Below the pieces are notes generated by a model. That model saw nothing but the letters and a program-made list of their open reading frames with translations, was not told the origin of the DNA and did no database searches. Below, in pieces: positions 19,163-31,496 of a DNA stretch of 64,000 nt (position 1 is the stretch's first letter; the number at the start of each line of letters is the position of its first letter). A program made the translations under genes and the position numbers. The stretch is from an uncultured delta proteobacterium (lineage in GTDB: Bacteria > Myxococcota_A > Polyangia > Polyangiales > B10-G4): NCBI GenBank assembly GCA_963727445.1, contig CAVSGI010000011.1, positions 96,001 to 160,000 of the forward strand, in the 5' to 3' direction.

Positions 19163-19746
19163 GCGACCTCCGAATCATCGGCGGGCGGCTCTCGGGCCGC
19201 CGCTTTCGCGGGCCGGGCAAGCGCACGCGTCCCACCGCGGATCGCGTGCGCGAGGCGATGTTCTCGGCGCTGTCGGCCCGTGGCGCCGTGGAAGGGGCGC
19301 GGGTGCTCGACCTCTTCGCCGGAACCGGGGCGCTGGCCTTCGAGGCGCTGAGCCGTGGCGCGGAGCGCGCCGTCGCGGTGGACGACGATCGGCGGGCGCG
19401 CGCGGCGATCCAGAAGGACGCCGAGGCGCTCGGCCTTTCGGACCTCCTGGTGGTGGTGGGGATGGATCTGTTGGGCGCGCCCGAAAGAGCCGCCGAACGC
19501 CTCGCCCGCCAGGGGCCCTTCGACCTGATCCTCGCCGACCCCCCGTACGTGGACGCGGGACGGGCGATCGCGCTCCTCGCTCTGCTCGCCGAGGCGGGCG
19601 CCGCCGATCCGGACGCCGTGGTGGTCCTCGAGCACGCGACCCGGGACGCGCTGGAGCTCGGTCCGAGGCTCGCCAGCGTGGCGTCCTATCGGTATGGTGA
19701 CACCTCTGTCGAGTTGATGAATTTCATGGAGCCCCAGGTGCGATGA
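19159..19746 (+). CDS. rsmD: 16S rRNA m2G966 methyltransferase; start probably CTG at 19159
   Basis: [31 protein letters not shown]; adjacent to coaD. Confidence 0.92.
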   Translation: MSDLRIIGGRLSGRRFRGPGKRTRPTADRVREAMFSALSARGAVEGARVLDLFAGTGALAFEALSRGAERAVAVDDDRRARAAIQKDAEALGLSDLLVVVGMDLLGAPERAAERLARQGPFDLILADPPYVDAGRAIALLALLAEAGAADPDAVVVLEHATRDALELGPRLASVASYRYGDTSVELMNFMEPQVR

Positions 19747-20237
19747 CAGTCGCGATCTATCCGGGATCGTTCGATCCCATCACCAACGGACACGTCAGCA
19801 TCATCAAGAGCGGTCTGACCGTCTTCGACTCGCTGATCGTCGCCGTCGTGTCCAACCCGAAGAAGTCGCCGCTCTTCTCGGTGGAGGAGCGGATCGACAT
19901 GATCCGGCAGTCGATCGACGAAGCGACCCCCGACGGCAAGGACAAGGTCGCAGTCGACAACTTCGAGGGGCTCCTCGTCGACTACTGCCGCCAGAAGGGG
20001 GCGAAGATCATCTTGCGCGGCCTGCGCGCGGTGGCCGACTTCGAGTACGAGCTTCAGATGGCGAACATGAACCGCCACATGGAGCCGGGCATCGAGACCG
20101 TCTTCATCATGGCGAACGACGCCTACTTCTACGTGAGCTCCAACCTCGTCAAGGAGGCGGCGACGCTGGGGGGCGGCGTCTCCAAGCTCGTCCCACCCTG
20201 CGTGGGCCCCAAGCTGTACGCCAAGCTCGGCCGGTAG
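19743..20237 (+). CDS. coaD: Phosphopantetheine adenylyltransferase
   Basis: [31 protein letters not shown]. Confidence 0.96.
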   Translation: MTVAIYPGSFDPITNGHVSIIKSGLTVFDSLIVAVVSNPKKSPLFSVEERIDMIRQSIDEATPDGKDKVAVDNFEGLLVDYCRQKGAKIILRGLRAVADFEYELQMANMNRHMEPGIETVFIMANDAYFYVSSNLVKEAATLGGGVSKLVPPCVGPKLYAKLGR

Positions 20238-21355
20238 AGCGGCTCCGCCGCCAGGCCCTGATCGCGCAGGATCCGCAGGGTCGGCACGTCGGCGAGACCG
20301 ATGCGCCCCGAGCGCAGCTCGTCGACGGTCGCTTCGCCGTTCTGCACCGCGTGGCGGACGCGGAGGTAGCCGCGGAGGTAGCCCGCGTCCCGCGCCACGC
20401 CGCCGCCGCGATAGGCCCGCTCGCAGATCGCCACCGCGTCCTCGGGGGCGAAGCCGTGGTCCATCGCGAGCGCGCGCACCGAATCCTGGAACGTGGCGCC
20501 CGCGTGCATGCGGTCGGTGATCCAGACCCGCGCCGCCAGGATGCGCAGTCGATAACCGTCGAGCACACCCGCGAGCTCCTCGAGGTAGAGCGCCACGCCT
20601 TCCTGGTCACCGAAGGAGCCCGCCGTTCCGTGCTCGAGCAGACGTATGGGCTGGGCGCGTCCGTTGGCGGCGGCGACCAGGTGCCCGAGGACCTCGTGCA
20701 CCGCGAGGCGAAGCGCTTCGCGCGCGCCGAAGGTGCGGTCCGCGACGAACACCACGCGCTCACCCGTCGCTGCGCCGGCTGACAGACGCGGCTCGACCCG
20801 CACCTCCACGTCGAGGCGGGCGTGACGCGCCACCCGGCGCACGAGCTCGGCGAGGGAGGGCTCGCCGAGGAGCGCCGTCGCGGGCAGGACGCGTGCTTCG
20901 GGCTGTCCCTCGGTCTCGGAGAGGATGTGCCGCGCGACTTCCGCCACCGGCATGGTCGTGGCCTGGCCCTCTGCGCCGTCCACTGGCACTTCGGAGCGGC
21001 CCGTGCCGAAGCGCCGGGCCGCCAGGGGGCGGACGCGCTTGGCGTCGCCGATCGCCTCGAGCAACGCGAGATCGATCTCGAGCTCTTCGAGGCGCGCGAG
21101 GTAGAGCGCTCCGGCTGGCGGCACCTTTTCGGCGAGAGCGCGGGCCGCGTCGAGGAGCGCATAGGCTTCGGGCGGCACGCGGCGCGGGCGGATGTCGAAG
21201 CGCGGCGTGGCCACGTCGCCGCGGGACACCGCGCGGATCAGGCGTTGGCGTTCGGCCGCCGCGTTGTCCGCGGTGAGCGCCGGCAGAAGCCGCGCGATGC
21301 CGTGGAGGCGCCCCAGGTGTGCGTCGAGGGTGAGTCGCGGGTCGCGGTCGGTCAT
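20129..21355 (-). CDS. DUF1704/QEGLA-motif metallopeptidase-like protein
   Basis: [21 protein letters not shown] motifs. Confidence 0.8.
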   Translation of the reverse strand: MTDRDPRLTLDAHLGRLHGIARLLPALTADNAAAERQRLIRAVSRGDVATPRFDIRPRRVPPEAYALLDAARALAEKVPPAGALYLARLEELEIDLALLEAIGDAKRVRPLAARRFGTGRSEVPVDGAEGQATTMPVAEVARHILSETEGQPEARVLPATALLGEPSLAELVRRVARHARLDVEVRVEPRLSAGAATGERVVFVADRTFGAREALRLAVHEVLGHLVAAANGRAQPIRLLEHGTAGSFGDQEGVALYLEELAGVLDGYRLRILAARVWITDRMHAGATFQDSVRALAMDHGFAPEDAVAICERAYRGGGVARDAGYLRGYLRVRHAVQNGEATVDELRSGRIGLADVPTLRILRDQGLAAEPLYRPSLAYSLGPTQGGTSLETPPPSVAASLTRLELT

Positions 21356-22693
21356 CTAGAGGAGCTCGGTCGCGCGCTCGGCGAGCTCGCTCCGTTCGCC
21401 CTTGGCGAGGGTGATGTGCCCGGAGATGCGCTCGTCTCGGAAGCGCTGCGCGACGATGGCGAGACCGTTGCTCGCGGCGTCCACGTACGGGTTGTCGATC
21501 TGGTACGGGTCGCCGGTGAGCACGATCTTGGTGTCGGCGCCGCAGCGCGTGATGATCGTCTTCACTTCGTGTGGCGTGAGGTTCTGGGCCTCGTCGACGA
21601 TCAGGAACTGGTTGGGCAGGGACCGGCCGCGGATGTAGGTCAGCGGCTCCACCTGCAAGGTCCCCGAGGCGACCAGCTCCGACCAGTCACGGCCGCTGCT
21701 CATTCGGGTGCGCCCCGTCGAAAAGATGTACTCGAGGTTGTCGAAGATCGGCTGCATCCACGGGTTGAGCTTCTCTTCGATGGTGCCCGGAAGGAATCCG
21801 ACGTCCTTGCCGAGGGGGAAGATCGGCCGCGACACGAGCAGGCGCGCGTAGGTGCCGTCGTCGAGGACCGACTTCAGGCCCGCGGCGATGGTGAGGAGCG
21901 TCTTGCCGGTGCCCGCCTTGCCGACGAGGGTGAGCAGGTGCACGTCGGGGTTGAGCAGCATGTCGAGGGCGAAGTGCTGCTCCATGTTGCGCGGCCGAAC
22001 GCCCCACGCGCCCTCGCGCGTGATGCGCAGCGGGACGATGGCTTCGCGCGCCGCGTCGAAGCGGCCGAGCGCGGTGTGCTTCGCCGAGTCGCGGTCGCGC
22101 AGGACGATCCCCGAGTGCGGGTGGATGGCGTCGTCGTCGGGCGGCGCGACGTCGCCGATCGGCACGTCCTCGCGGCGGCCGAGGCGGTCGACCAGCTCGC
22201 TCTCGACCTCGAGGGTCGCGATGCCCCGATAGAGCTCGTCGATGCGGATGCGGCCGCCCTCGTAGTTCTCGGCGCGCAGGCCCAGAGCGTCGGCGCGGAT
22301 TCGAAGGTTCGAATCCATCGTGACGAAGATCACCGGGATGTCCGGGTTCTGGTCCCTCAGCTCGAGGGCCATTCCCATGATCGCGTGGTCCATCCCCCGG
22401 TTGTCGAGCTTGCGGAGCCGAGACGGATCCTTCGGTACACCGACGCGCAGCCGGCCGCCCTCGTCGAGATCGACGCCCTTTTCGAGCGAGCCACCGCTCT
22501 TCTCGCGCATCTCGTCGAGAAAGCGGGCGATCGTTCGGGCGTTGCGCCCGAGCTCGCTCATGTCCTTCTTGAACTGGTCGACCTCCTCGATCACGTAGAT
22601 CGGGATCACGACCTCGTTCTCTTCGAACTTCTTGATGGCCCCGGGATCGTGGAGGAGGACGTTCGTGTCCAGGACGTGGATCTTGCGGGTCAT
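21356..22693 (-). CDS. PIN-PhoH (PhoH2/YlaK-like) ATPase
   Basis: VLDTNVLLHD PIN domain, GKAGTGKT, YIRGRS, DEAQN, TGDPYQID. Confidence 0.93.
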   Translation of the reverse strand: MTRKIHVLDTNVLLHDPGAIKKFEENEVVIPIYVIEEVDQFKKDMSELGRNARTIARFLDEMREKSGGSLEKGVDLDEGGRLRVGVPKDPSRLRKLDNRGMDHAIMGMALELRDQNPDIPVIFVTMDSNLRIRADALGLRAENYEGGRIRIDELYRGIATLEVESELVDRLGRREDVPIGDVAPPDDDAIHPHSGIVLRDRDSAKHTALGRFDAAREAIVPLRITREGAWGVRPRNMEQHFALDMLLNPDVHLLTLVGKAGTGKTLLTIAAGLKSVLDDGTYARLLVSRPIFPLGKDVGFLPGTIEEKLNPWMQPIFDNLEYIFSTGRTRMSSGRDWSELVASGTLQVEPLTYIRGRSLPNQFLIVDEAQNLTPHEVKTIITRCGADTKIVLTGDPYQIDNPYVDAASNGLAIVAQRFRDERISGHITLAKGERSELAERATELL

Positions 22694-22806
22694 CTTGTCA
22701 GCGCGGCTCCGTAGCACGGCATCGTCTCGTTTCAAGCGGCTGCCGGAGGACGCAGGGGGGGACGGCGTGCCCGTGACTTGGGTGCCGACTCCGTCGGGTG
22801 ATTGCT

Positions 22807-23514
22807 TCATGCGGGCTGTGGCCTCGTGAGGATCTCGGTCATGCTGATGCGTTCGCTGCCCATCACTTCACTGCAGACTTCGGTGAGGGCGAGCGCGCGC
22901 ATGGTTATCACTTCGGCGGCCGCGGGGTCTTCCGCCTCGGGGAAGACCCCTCGGTCGACGATGGCGCAGATGGCGCCAGCTTCGAGGTACGCTGGGGCGG
23001 CCTCGACGTCGACCCCACCGGCGGCCGCGAGGGGCAGGTCGGGGAAATCGTCGACCAGCGACTTGAAATAAGCGGGCCCGCCGAGGCCCGCCGCTGGATG
23101 AACGGCGATCAGGTCCGGCTCGGCCCCTGCGCAGCGGAGGAGCTCGGTGGGGGTGGCCGCGCCTGCCACCACCGCCAGGCCCCGGGCACGCGCGGCGTGG
23201 ATGATCTCCACGTCGCACACCGGGGAGATGACGAAATGAGCGCCGGCGGCCACCGCCATCATCACCTGTTCGACCGAGACCACACCCGAAACGCCGACCG
23301 AGAGGTTGGCCTCGTCCGCCAGATCCGAAGCCACCTCGGTCACCTCGGGATACTGAACGGGGATGCCCAGGAGCTTGATCCCACCCTTGGCGACGGCGAT
23401 GGCCCAATCGAAGAGCTGGTCCGCTACGGGAGCCCGGACGACGGCGACGAGGCCATGGTCACGGATCAGGTGTGCCGTGTCGCTCACCGAAGGCTCAGTA
23501 GATCCCGTGGCCAT
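22807..23514 (-). CDS. KDPG/KHG aldolase (Eda) fold protein with catalytic residues missing
   Basis: LVAVVR, AGAHFVISP, TPTE, GGPAY, AGGV align to the Eda family. Confidence 0.8.
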   Translation of the reverse strand: MATGSTEPSVSDTAHLIRDHGLVAVVRAPVADQLFDWAIAVAKGGIKLLGIPVQYPEVTEVASDLADEANLSVGVSGVVSVEQVMMAVAAGAHFVISPVCDVEIIHAARARGLAVVAGAATPTELLRCAGAEPDLIAVHPAAGLGGPAYFKSLVDDFPDLPLAAAGGVDVEAAPAYLEAGAICAIVDRGVFPEAEDPAAAEVITMRALALTEVCSEVMGSERISMTEILTRPQPA

Positions 23515-23581
23515 CGCGACGTCAAGGCCCAGTAGCCGAAGCGGTCTATCTTCGGCCCGAGGGGGGCGCTAGACTTCCGCG

Positions 23582-24379
23582 GTGATGCTGGCACGCGCTC
23601 TCACCCTCGCTCTCGTGGTGTCGGCGGCGGGCGTGGCAGCCGAGGCACGCGCGCAGGTGAGCCCGGACGTGGCGGAGGCCCATCGCGCGGCTCTGGCGGG
23701 CAATTTCGATGCCGCGACCGGTGCGCTCGATGCTGCGCTCGCCCGGTCGAACCTGAGCCGCGAAGATCTGTTGACCATCTACGAAGCGAAGGTCTTCGTG
23801 GACTTCGCGAACGGCGCGACCGATCGGATGGGGGAGAACCTCGAGCGCATCGCCGCCCTCGACCCGAACCATGCCTTCGACCCGAACTTCTTCCCCGCCG
23901 ACGTGACCAACGTCTTCCGCGCCATCGTGAACGAGCGCGGCGCGCCCCTCACGGTGGAGGCGGACGCGGTGGTCCTCGCGAGCGGCGAGTTCGAAGTGCG
24001 CGCCGAGGTCGACAACGATCCGGGCCTGTCGCGCGACGTGCGTGTCTACGGGCGCGGCGGCGCAGGGCAGTGGGAGACCGGGTCCCGAAGCGTCCGGGTG
24101 GCGGCGGAAGGGGCGGATACCGGGCTCTACTACGCTGAGGCGATCGGTCCGGGTGGCGCGGTCCTGGCGCGGGACGGCCAACCGCTCTCCCCGCGCACGG
24201 TCGACCTCTCGGGCGCTCCCGAAGAAGGCGGCGGCGGGGTGCCCATGTGGGTCTGGATCGCCGGTGGCGCGGTTCTGGCCGCGATCGTGGTGACCATCAT
24301 CGCCGTGGCGGTGAGCAGCAGCGGGGTATCCGACAATACCCAGCCCACCGGTCCGATGGTGCGCTTCTCCGGGATGTGA
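23582..24379 (+). CDS. Exported TPR-like protein with C-terminal hydrophobic helix
   Basis: Signal peptide; helical N-terminus; PMWVW-led TM near the C-terminus. Confidence 0.72.
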   Translation: MMLARALTLALVVSAAGVAAEARAQVSPDVAEAHRAALAGNFDAATGALDAALARSNLSREDLLTIYEAKVFVDFANGATDRMGENLERIAALDPNHAFDPNFFPADVTNVFRAIVNERGAPLTVEADAVVLASGEFEVRAEVDNDPGLSRDVRVYGRGGAGQWETGSRSVRVAAEGADTGLYYAEAIGPGGAVLARDGQPLSPRTVDLSGAPEEGGGGVPMWVWIAGGAVLAAIVVTIIAVAVSSSGVSDNTQPTGPMVRFSGM

Positions 24380-24429
24380 TTCCCCGCGTTTGTGGCTCCA
24401 TGGGGCGGTGATCTAGGATCTCCCCTCAG

Positions 24430-26238
24430 GTGCTACCCGAGGGAGACACGCCTTCCAAAGAGCTCTCGATCAGCGACTTCGAGCTGGAGTCCGATCCCAC
24501 GCCGGCTCTCGTCGAGGAGCGTGAGCGGAAATTCGGGCGGTATCGGCTGAAGTACCAGATCGCTTCGGGGGGTATGGCGTCGGTCTTCCTCGCCGGGGCC
24601 GCGGGGGCCGCGGGCTTCGAAAAGCCGGTCGCGATCAAGCGGATGCATCCCCATCTCGCTCGCCGCAAAGCCTACGTCGACATGTTCCTCGACGAGGCGA
24701 AGATCACCTCGCGCATCAACCACCCGAACGTCTGCCAGGTCTTCGATTTCGGCGAGATGGACGGCGCCTACTACATGGCGATGGAGTACCTGGTGGGCGA
24801 GCCGCTCAGCACGGTGCTCGCGTACGTGCAGAAGGCCAAGCTCCAATCGTCTCCGAAGTGGCTCGCCATCGCCGCGCGAATCATGGCGAGCGTCTGCGAG
24901 GGGCTTCACGCCTCGCACGAGCTCCGCGACTCCTCGGGACAGACGCTGGAGGTCGTGCACCGCGACGTGTCGCCCTCGAACATCATCGTCAGCTTCGACG
25001 GCGGCGTGAAGGTCGTCGACTTCGGCGTGGCCAAAGCGCGCGGGCGCATCCATCAGACCACCACCGGAACGCTCAAGGGCAAGTTCAGCTACATGGCGCC
25101 GGAGCAGGTGCGCGGTCAGCCGATCGATCGCCGAGCCGACGTGTGGTCGGTCGGTGTGTGCTTGTGGGAGATGCTCACCTGCAAGCGTCTGTTCAAGCGT
25201 GGCTCCGAGATGGAGACGCTCCTCGCGGTGGGGCAAGGCGACATCCCCAGCCCGTCGGCGCTGAACCCGGTGGTGCCCCCGTCGCTCTCGGCCATCGCGC
25301 TTCATGCGCTGGAGCGCGACGTGAACAATCGCTATGCCACGACGCGCGAGGTCTCGCGGGCGCTCGAGGCGTGGCTCCGCAGCCAGGAGCAGCCCGCGGG
25401 GATGGCGGACATCGCGGACTTCCTCGCGTCGACGCTGACGCGCGAGCACGCGTCGAAGGTGCTCTTCGTGCAGACGGCGATGCGGGAGCGCTCCGACGAC
25501 ATGATGGTGGCGGCGGCTCAGACGCGGGTCCTGGGTGGAGGCCCCGCGACCGCCGTCTCCAATACGCCGCCGGCCTTTTCGGAGTCGAAGTCCCACACCC
25601 GTCCCATCGCTGGGCCCGAGGAGGTGACTTCATCCAAATCGACCACCACCGGTGGCGGCCCGAACGTGGTGGCGCTCTCGGCGGCGGCGACCGTCCTCTT
25701 GGCTGCGCTGGTCGCCGCGGTGATCGGCGTGGTCTACGCCTTCACCAACGAAGACGACACCACCCCGACCGCCACCCCCCTGGTCGACCCGCCGGTGCCG
25801 GTGACTCCGGACGAGCCGGAGTCGGAGCCGGAGGAGGTGCAGCCGCCCGAGGTCGAGCAGGAGACCGGTTTGAGCGACGCCGAGCGGGCGGAGCTGATCC
25901 GGCTCCGCGAAGAAGCCGAGCGCTTGCGCCAGGAGCGCGAGGAGGCCGAGCGGCTTCGGCGGGAGGAGGAGGCCCGCCAGGCCCAGCAGGCCCAGCAGGT
26001 GCGCAACACGCGGTCGATGCGCAGCCCGATGACCGGACCGCCGGGGAGCCTCTTCCTCTTCGGACTGGCGGGTGCGCGGATTCAGATCGACGGCCGGCCG
26101 CGCGGGGTCACGCCGAAGATGATCGAGGGGCTTTCACCCGGCCGCCACAGCGTGGTGCTTCAGAAGGACGGACAGACGCGCGAGTTCGGCGCGACCATTT
26201 CGTCTGGAGAAGTCACGCGCCGCCGTATTACCTTCTGA
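24430..26238 (+). CDS. Membrane Ser/Thr protein kinase with C-terminal PEGA domain
   Basis: ASGGMA, HRDVSPSN, DFG, KGKFSYMAPE, TM, IQIDG..GVTP..PGRH. Confidence 0.93.
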   Translation: MLPEGDTPSKELSISDFELESDPTPALVEERERKFGRYRLKYQIASGGMASVFLAGAAGAAGFEKPVAIKRMHPHLARRKAYVDMFLDEAKITSRINHPNVCQVFDFGEMDGAYYMAMEYLVGEPLSTVLAYVQKAKLQSSPKWLAIAARIMASVCEGLHASHELRDSSGQTLEVVHRDVSPSNIIVSFDGGVKVVDFGVAKARGRIHQTTTGTLKGKFSYMAPEQVRGQPIDRRADVWSVGVCLWEMLTCKRLFKRGSEMETLLAVGQGDIPSPSALNPVVPPSLSAIALHALERDVNNRYATTREVSRALEAWLRSQEQPAGMADIADFLASTLTREHASKVLFVQTAMRERSDDMMVAAAQTRVLGGGPATAVSNTPPAFSESKSHTRPIAGPEEVTSSKSTTTGGGPNVVALSAAATVLLAALVAAVIGVVYAFTNEDDTTPTATPLVDPPVPVTPDEPESEPEEVQPPEVEQETGLSDAERAELIRLREEAERLRQEREEAERLRREEEARQAQQAQQVRNTRSMRSPMTGPPGSLFLFGLAGARIQIDGRPRGVTPKMIEGLSPGRHSVVLQKDGQTREFGATISSGEVTRRRITF

Positions 26239-26241
26239 GCC

Positions 26242-27565
<1,324 letters not shown>

Positions 27566-27567
<2 letters not shown>

Positions 27568-27633
27568 CGGACGCACGCAGCGGCCGAAGGCCGGTGGGTG
27601 AGTGGTGGCGGGCCAATGGAGACTGCGTCCGCT
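27566..27633. repeat. REP-like intergenic inverted repeat
   Basis: AGCGGACGCA/TGCGTCCGCT arms enclosing the hairpin CGGCC-GAA-GGCCG. Confidence 0.55.
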
Positions 27634-27723
27634 CTCACTTCCGCTCACCAGCCTCCCAACTCCGCGAAACTCCATGCCTCTCCGCCCTACTTCCACCCCC
27701 TTCTAGCTGGTAGGATGCCCCCC

Positions 27724-29769
<2,046 letters not shown>

Positions 29770-29772
29770 ACG

Positions 29773-30702
29773 ATGAGACTTACTTGCTTTGTCGCGGCGA
29801 TCGCCTTCGTCGTGGTCTTGCCGCTCACGGCCGCTGCGCAGGACGACGCGCGCGAGCTCTTCATGAGGGGCCAGACCGCATACAACCAGGGCGACTACGA
29901 CACCGCCATCGAGTCCTGGAACAGCGCCTGGGAGCTCGATCCCCGGCCGCTGATTCAATACAACCTCAGCCAGGCCTACGAGCGCCTCGGCCGGCTCACC
30001 GAAGCGGGTGCCGCCCTCGACCTCTACCTCGAGCACGCGGACCCCTCGGACGAGAACCAGGCCAACGCGCGCGCACGACGTGCTTCGATTCGCGAACGCA
30101 TCGCGCGCACCGGCATCGTCGTGGAGGGCGGTCCGGACGGCTCGACCATCTCCGTCGACGGCCAGGAATGGGGACGCACCCCGCGCCCGGATCGCATCAC
30201 CGTCGACCCCGGCTCGCACCAGGTCGTGGTCAGCCACGAGGGCTACTCGGATTTCCGTAGCTCCGTCGTGGTCCCCGCCGGCGACACCGTCACCCTCAGC
30301 GTCGAGATGTCCGAGAGCGCCGGCGGTGGTGGTGGTGGCGGCGGCGGTGGCGGTGGTGGCGGCGGCGGCGAAGCCTCCGGCGGCGGACCCGGCATCGTGC
30401 CCTGGCTATTGGTCGGCGGCGGCGCTGCCCTGATCATCGGCGGCTCGATCGTCGGCCTGGTAGCACTCGGCCAGGCGAACGACGCGCCCAGCGCCGACAG
30501 CCCCGAAGCCGACACGGCCCGCGGACTCGCGCTTGTCGCCGATATCCTGGCTTTCACGGGCGCCGCGGCGGTGGCCGGCGGGCTCATCTGGTTCTTCCTC
30601 GCCAACAAGAGCAGCGACGAAGACGTTGCGGAGCTCGACCTCGACGTCTATCCCGTGGTCGGCCCCAACGTCGCAGGCGCCGGGGCTAGCTTGAGGTTCT
30701 GA
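29773..30702 (+). CDS. Exported TPR + PEGA protein with poly-Gly linker, ends LRF
   Basis: ARELF..G..AY..YNL TPR, VDG..GRTP..PGSHQV PEGA. Confidence 0.85.
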   Translation: MRLTCFVAAIAFVVVLPLTAAAQDDARELFMRGQTAYNQGDYDTAIESWNSAWELDPRPLIQYNLSQAYERLGRLTEAGAALDLYLEHADPSDENQANARARRASIRERIARTGIVVEGGPDGSTISVDGQEWGRTPRPDRITVDPGSHQVVVSHEGYSDFRSSVVVPAGDTVTLSVEMSESAGGGGGGGGGGGGGGGGEASGGGPGIVPWLLVGGGAALIIGGSIVGLVALGQANDAPSADSPEADTARGLALVADILAFTGAAAVAGGLIWFFLANKSSDEDVAELDLDVYPVVGPNVAGAGASLRF

Positions 30703-31358
30703 TGATGAAGCGGATCGCTCTGTTCACGATTCTTCTGGCGGCGGCCACCGGCTGCTCGGCGGTCGTCAAGAACACCCTCGACATGAAGGGGGGCGATGGC
30801 GGGACCACCGACACAGGCCCCACCGGCTGCACGACCAATGACGACTGCACCGACGGCAACCCCTGCAACGGCCTCGAGACCTGCGAGTCCGGCAGCTGCC
30901 GCAACGGCGACTCGATGCCGGACGGCACCCCCTGCCCCCTCGACATGGGTGGGATGGGCATGTGCATGGGCGCGATGTGCGTTCCGCCCGAGGGCTGCGG
31001 CGACGGCGTGACGCAGCCGCCGCTCGACGAGGAGTGCGATGACGGCGCCAACGGCGACCCCAACGACGGATGCACCGACGACTGCCACTACAGCTGTCAC
31101 AGCGATGGCGAATGCGACGACGGCTTCGTCTGCAATGGGATGGAGCGATGCATGATCCCGGGCGTGATGAACCTTCGTTCGTGCCGCCCCGCTGCTCTCC
31201 TGGCGGCGGAGGGCACCCCCTGTGACAGCCCCGCATTCACGGGCGGCATGTGCCGCACCATGATGGGCCCGCCCCTCTGCTGTCAGGGGACCAGCCCCGA
31301 CACGTGCTGTGGTCCCGACATGACGGGCGAGATCGTCTGCATGCCCACGACACCCTGA
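30702..31358 (+). CDS. Myxococcal Cys-rich repeat lipoprotein
   Basis: ATG-C lipobox; CGDG..EECDDG..DGC and DGNPCNGLETC repeats. Confidence 0.85.
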   Translation: MMKRIALFTILLAAATGCSAVVKNTLDMKGGDGGTTDTGPTGCTTNDDCTDGNPCNGLETCESGSCRNGDSMPDGTPCPLDMGGMGMCMGAMCVPPEGCGDGVTQPPLDEECDDGANGDPNDGCTDDCHYSCHSDGECDDGFVCNGMERCMIPGVMNLRSCRPAALLAAEGTPCDSPAFTGGMCRTMMGPPLCCQGTSPDTCCGPDMTGEIVCMPTTP

Positions 31359-31400
31359 GCGAAACGGTCGGTTCTGGGGTCCGGACCCCATGTCGGGAGA

Positions 31401-31428
31401 TTGCAAGCTTCCGCACACTCCGTAGAAT
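31401..31428 (+). promoter_or_regulatory. Candidate sigma70-type promoter TTGCAA-N16-TAGAAT, preceded by a 16-bp palindrome at 31375-31390
   Basis: Near-consensus -10 and -35 in GC-rich DNA. Confidence 0.5.
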
Positions 31429-31496
31429 GGGCGTTGGTCTCGGGCTCGAGCTGGGGGGGAGGAACCGCCAGGCGCAGCCGCGAGCGGGAGTCCACC

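Noticed and set aside
27607..27621. Sigma54 promoter for prkA
   Set aside because: TGGCGGGCCAATGGA lacks both the CAC of the -24 element and the -12 GC; a TAGGAT -10 box fits better.
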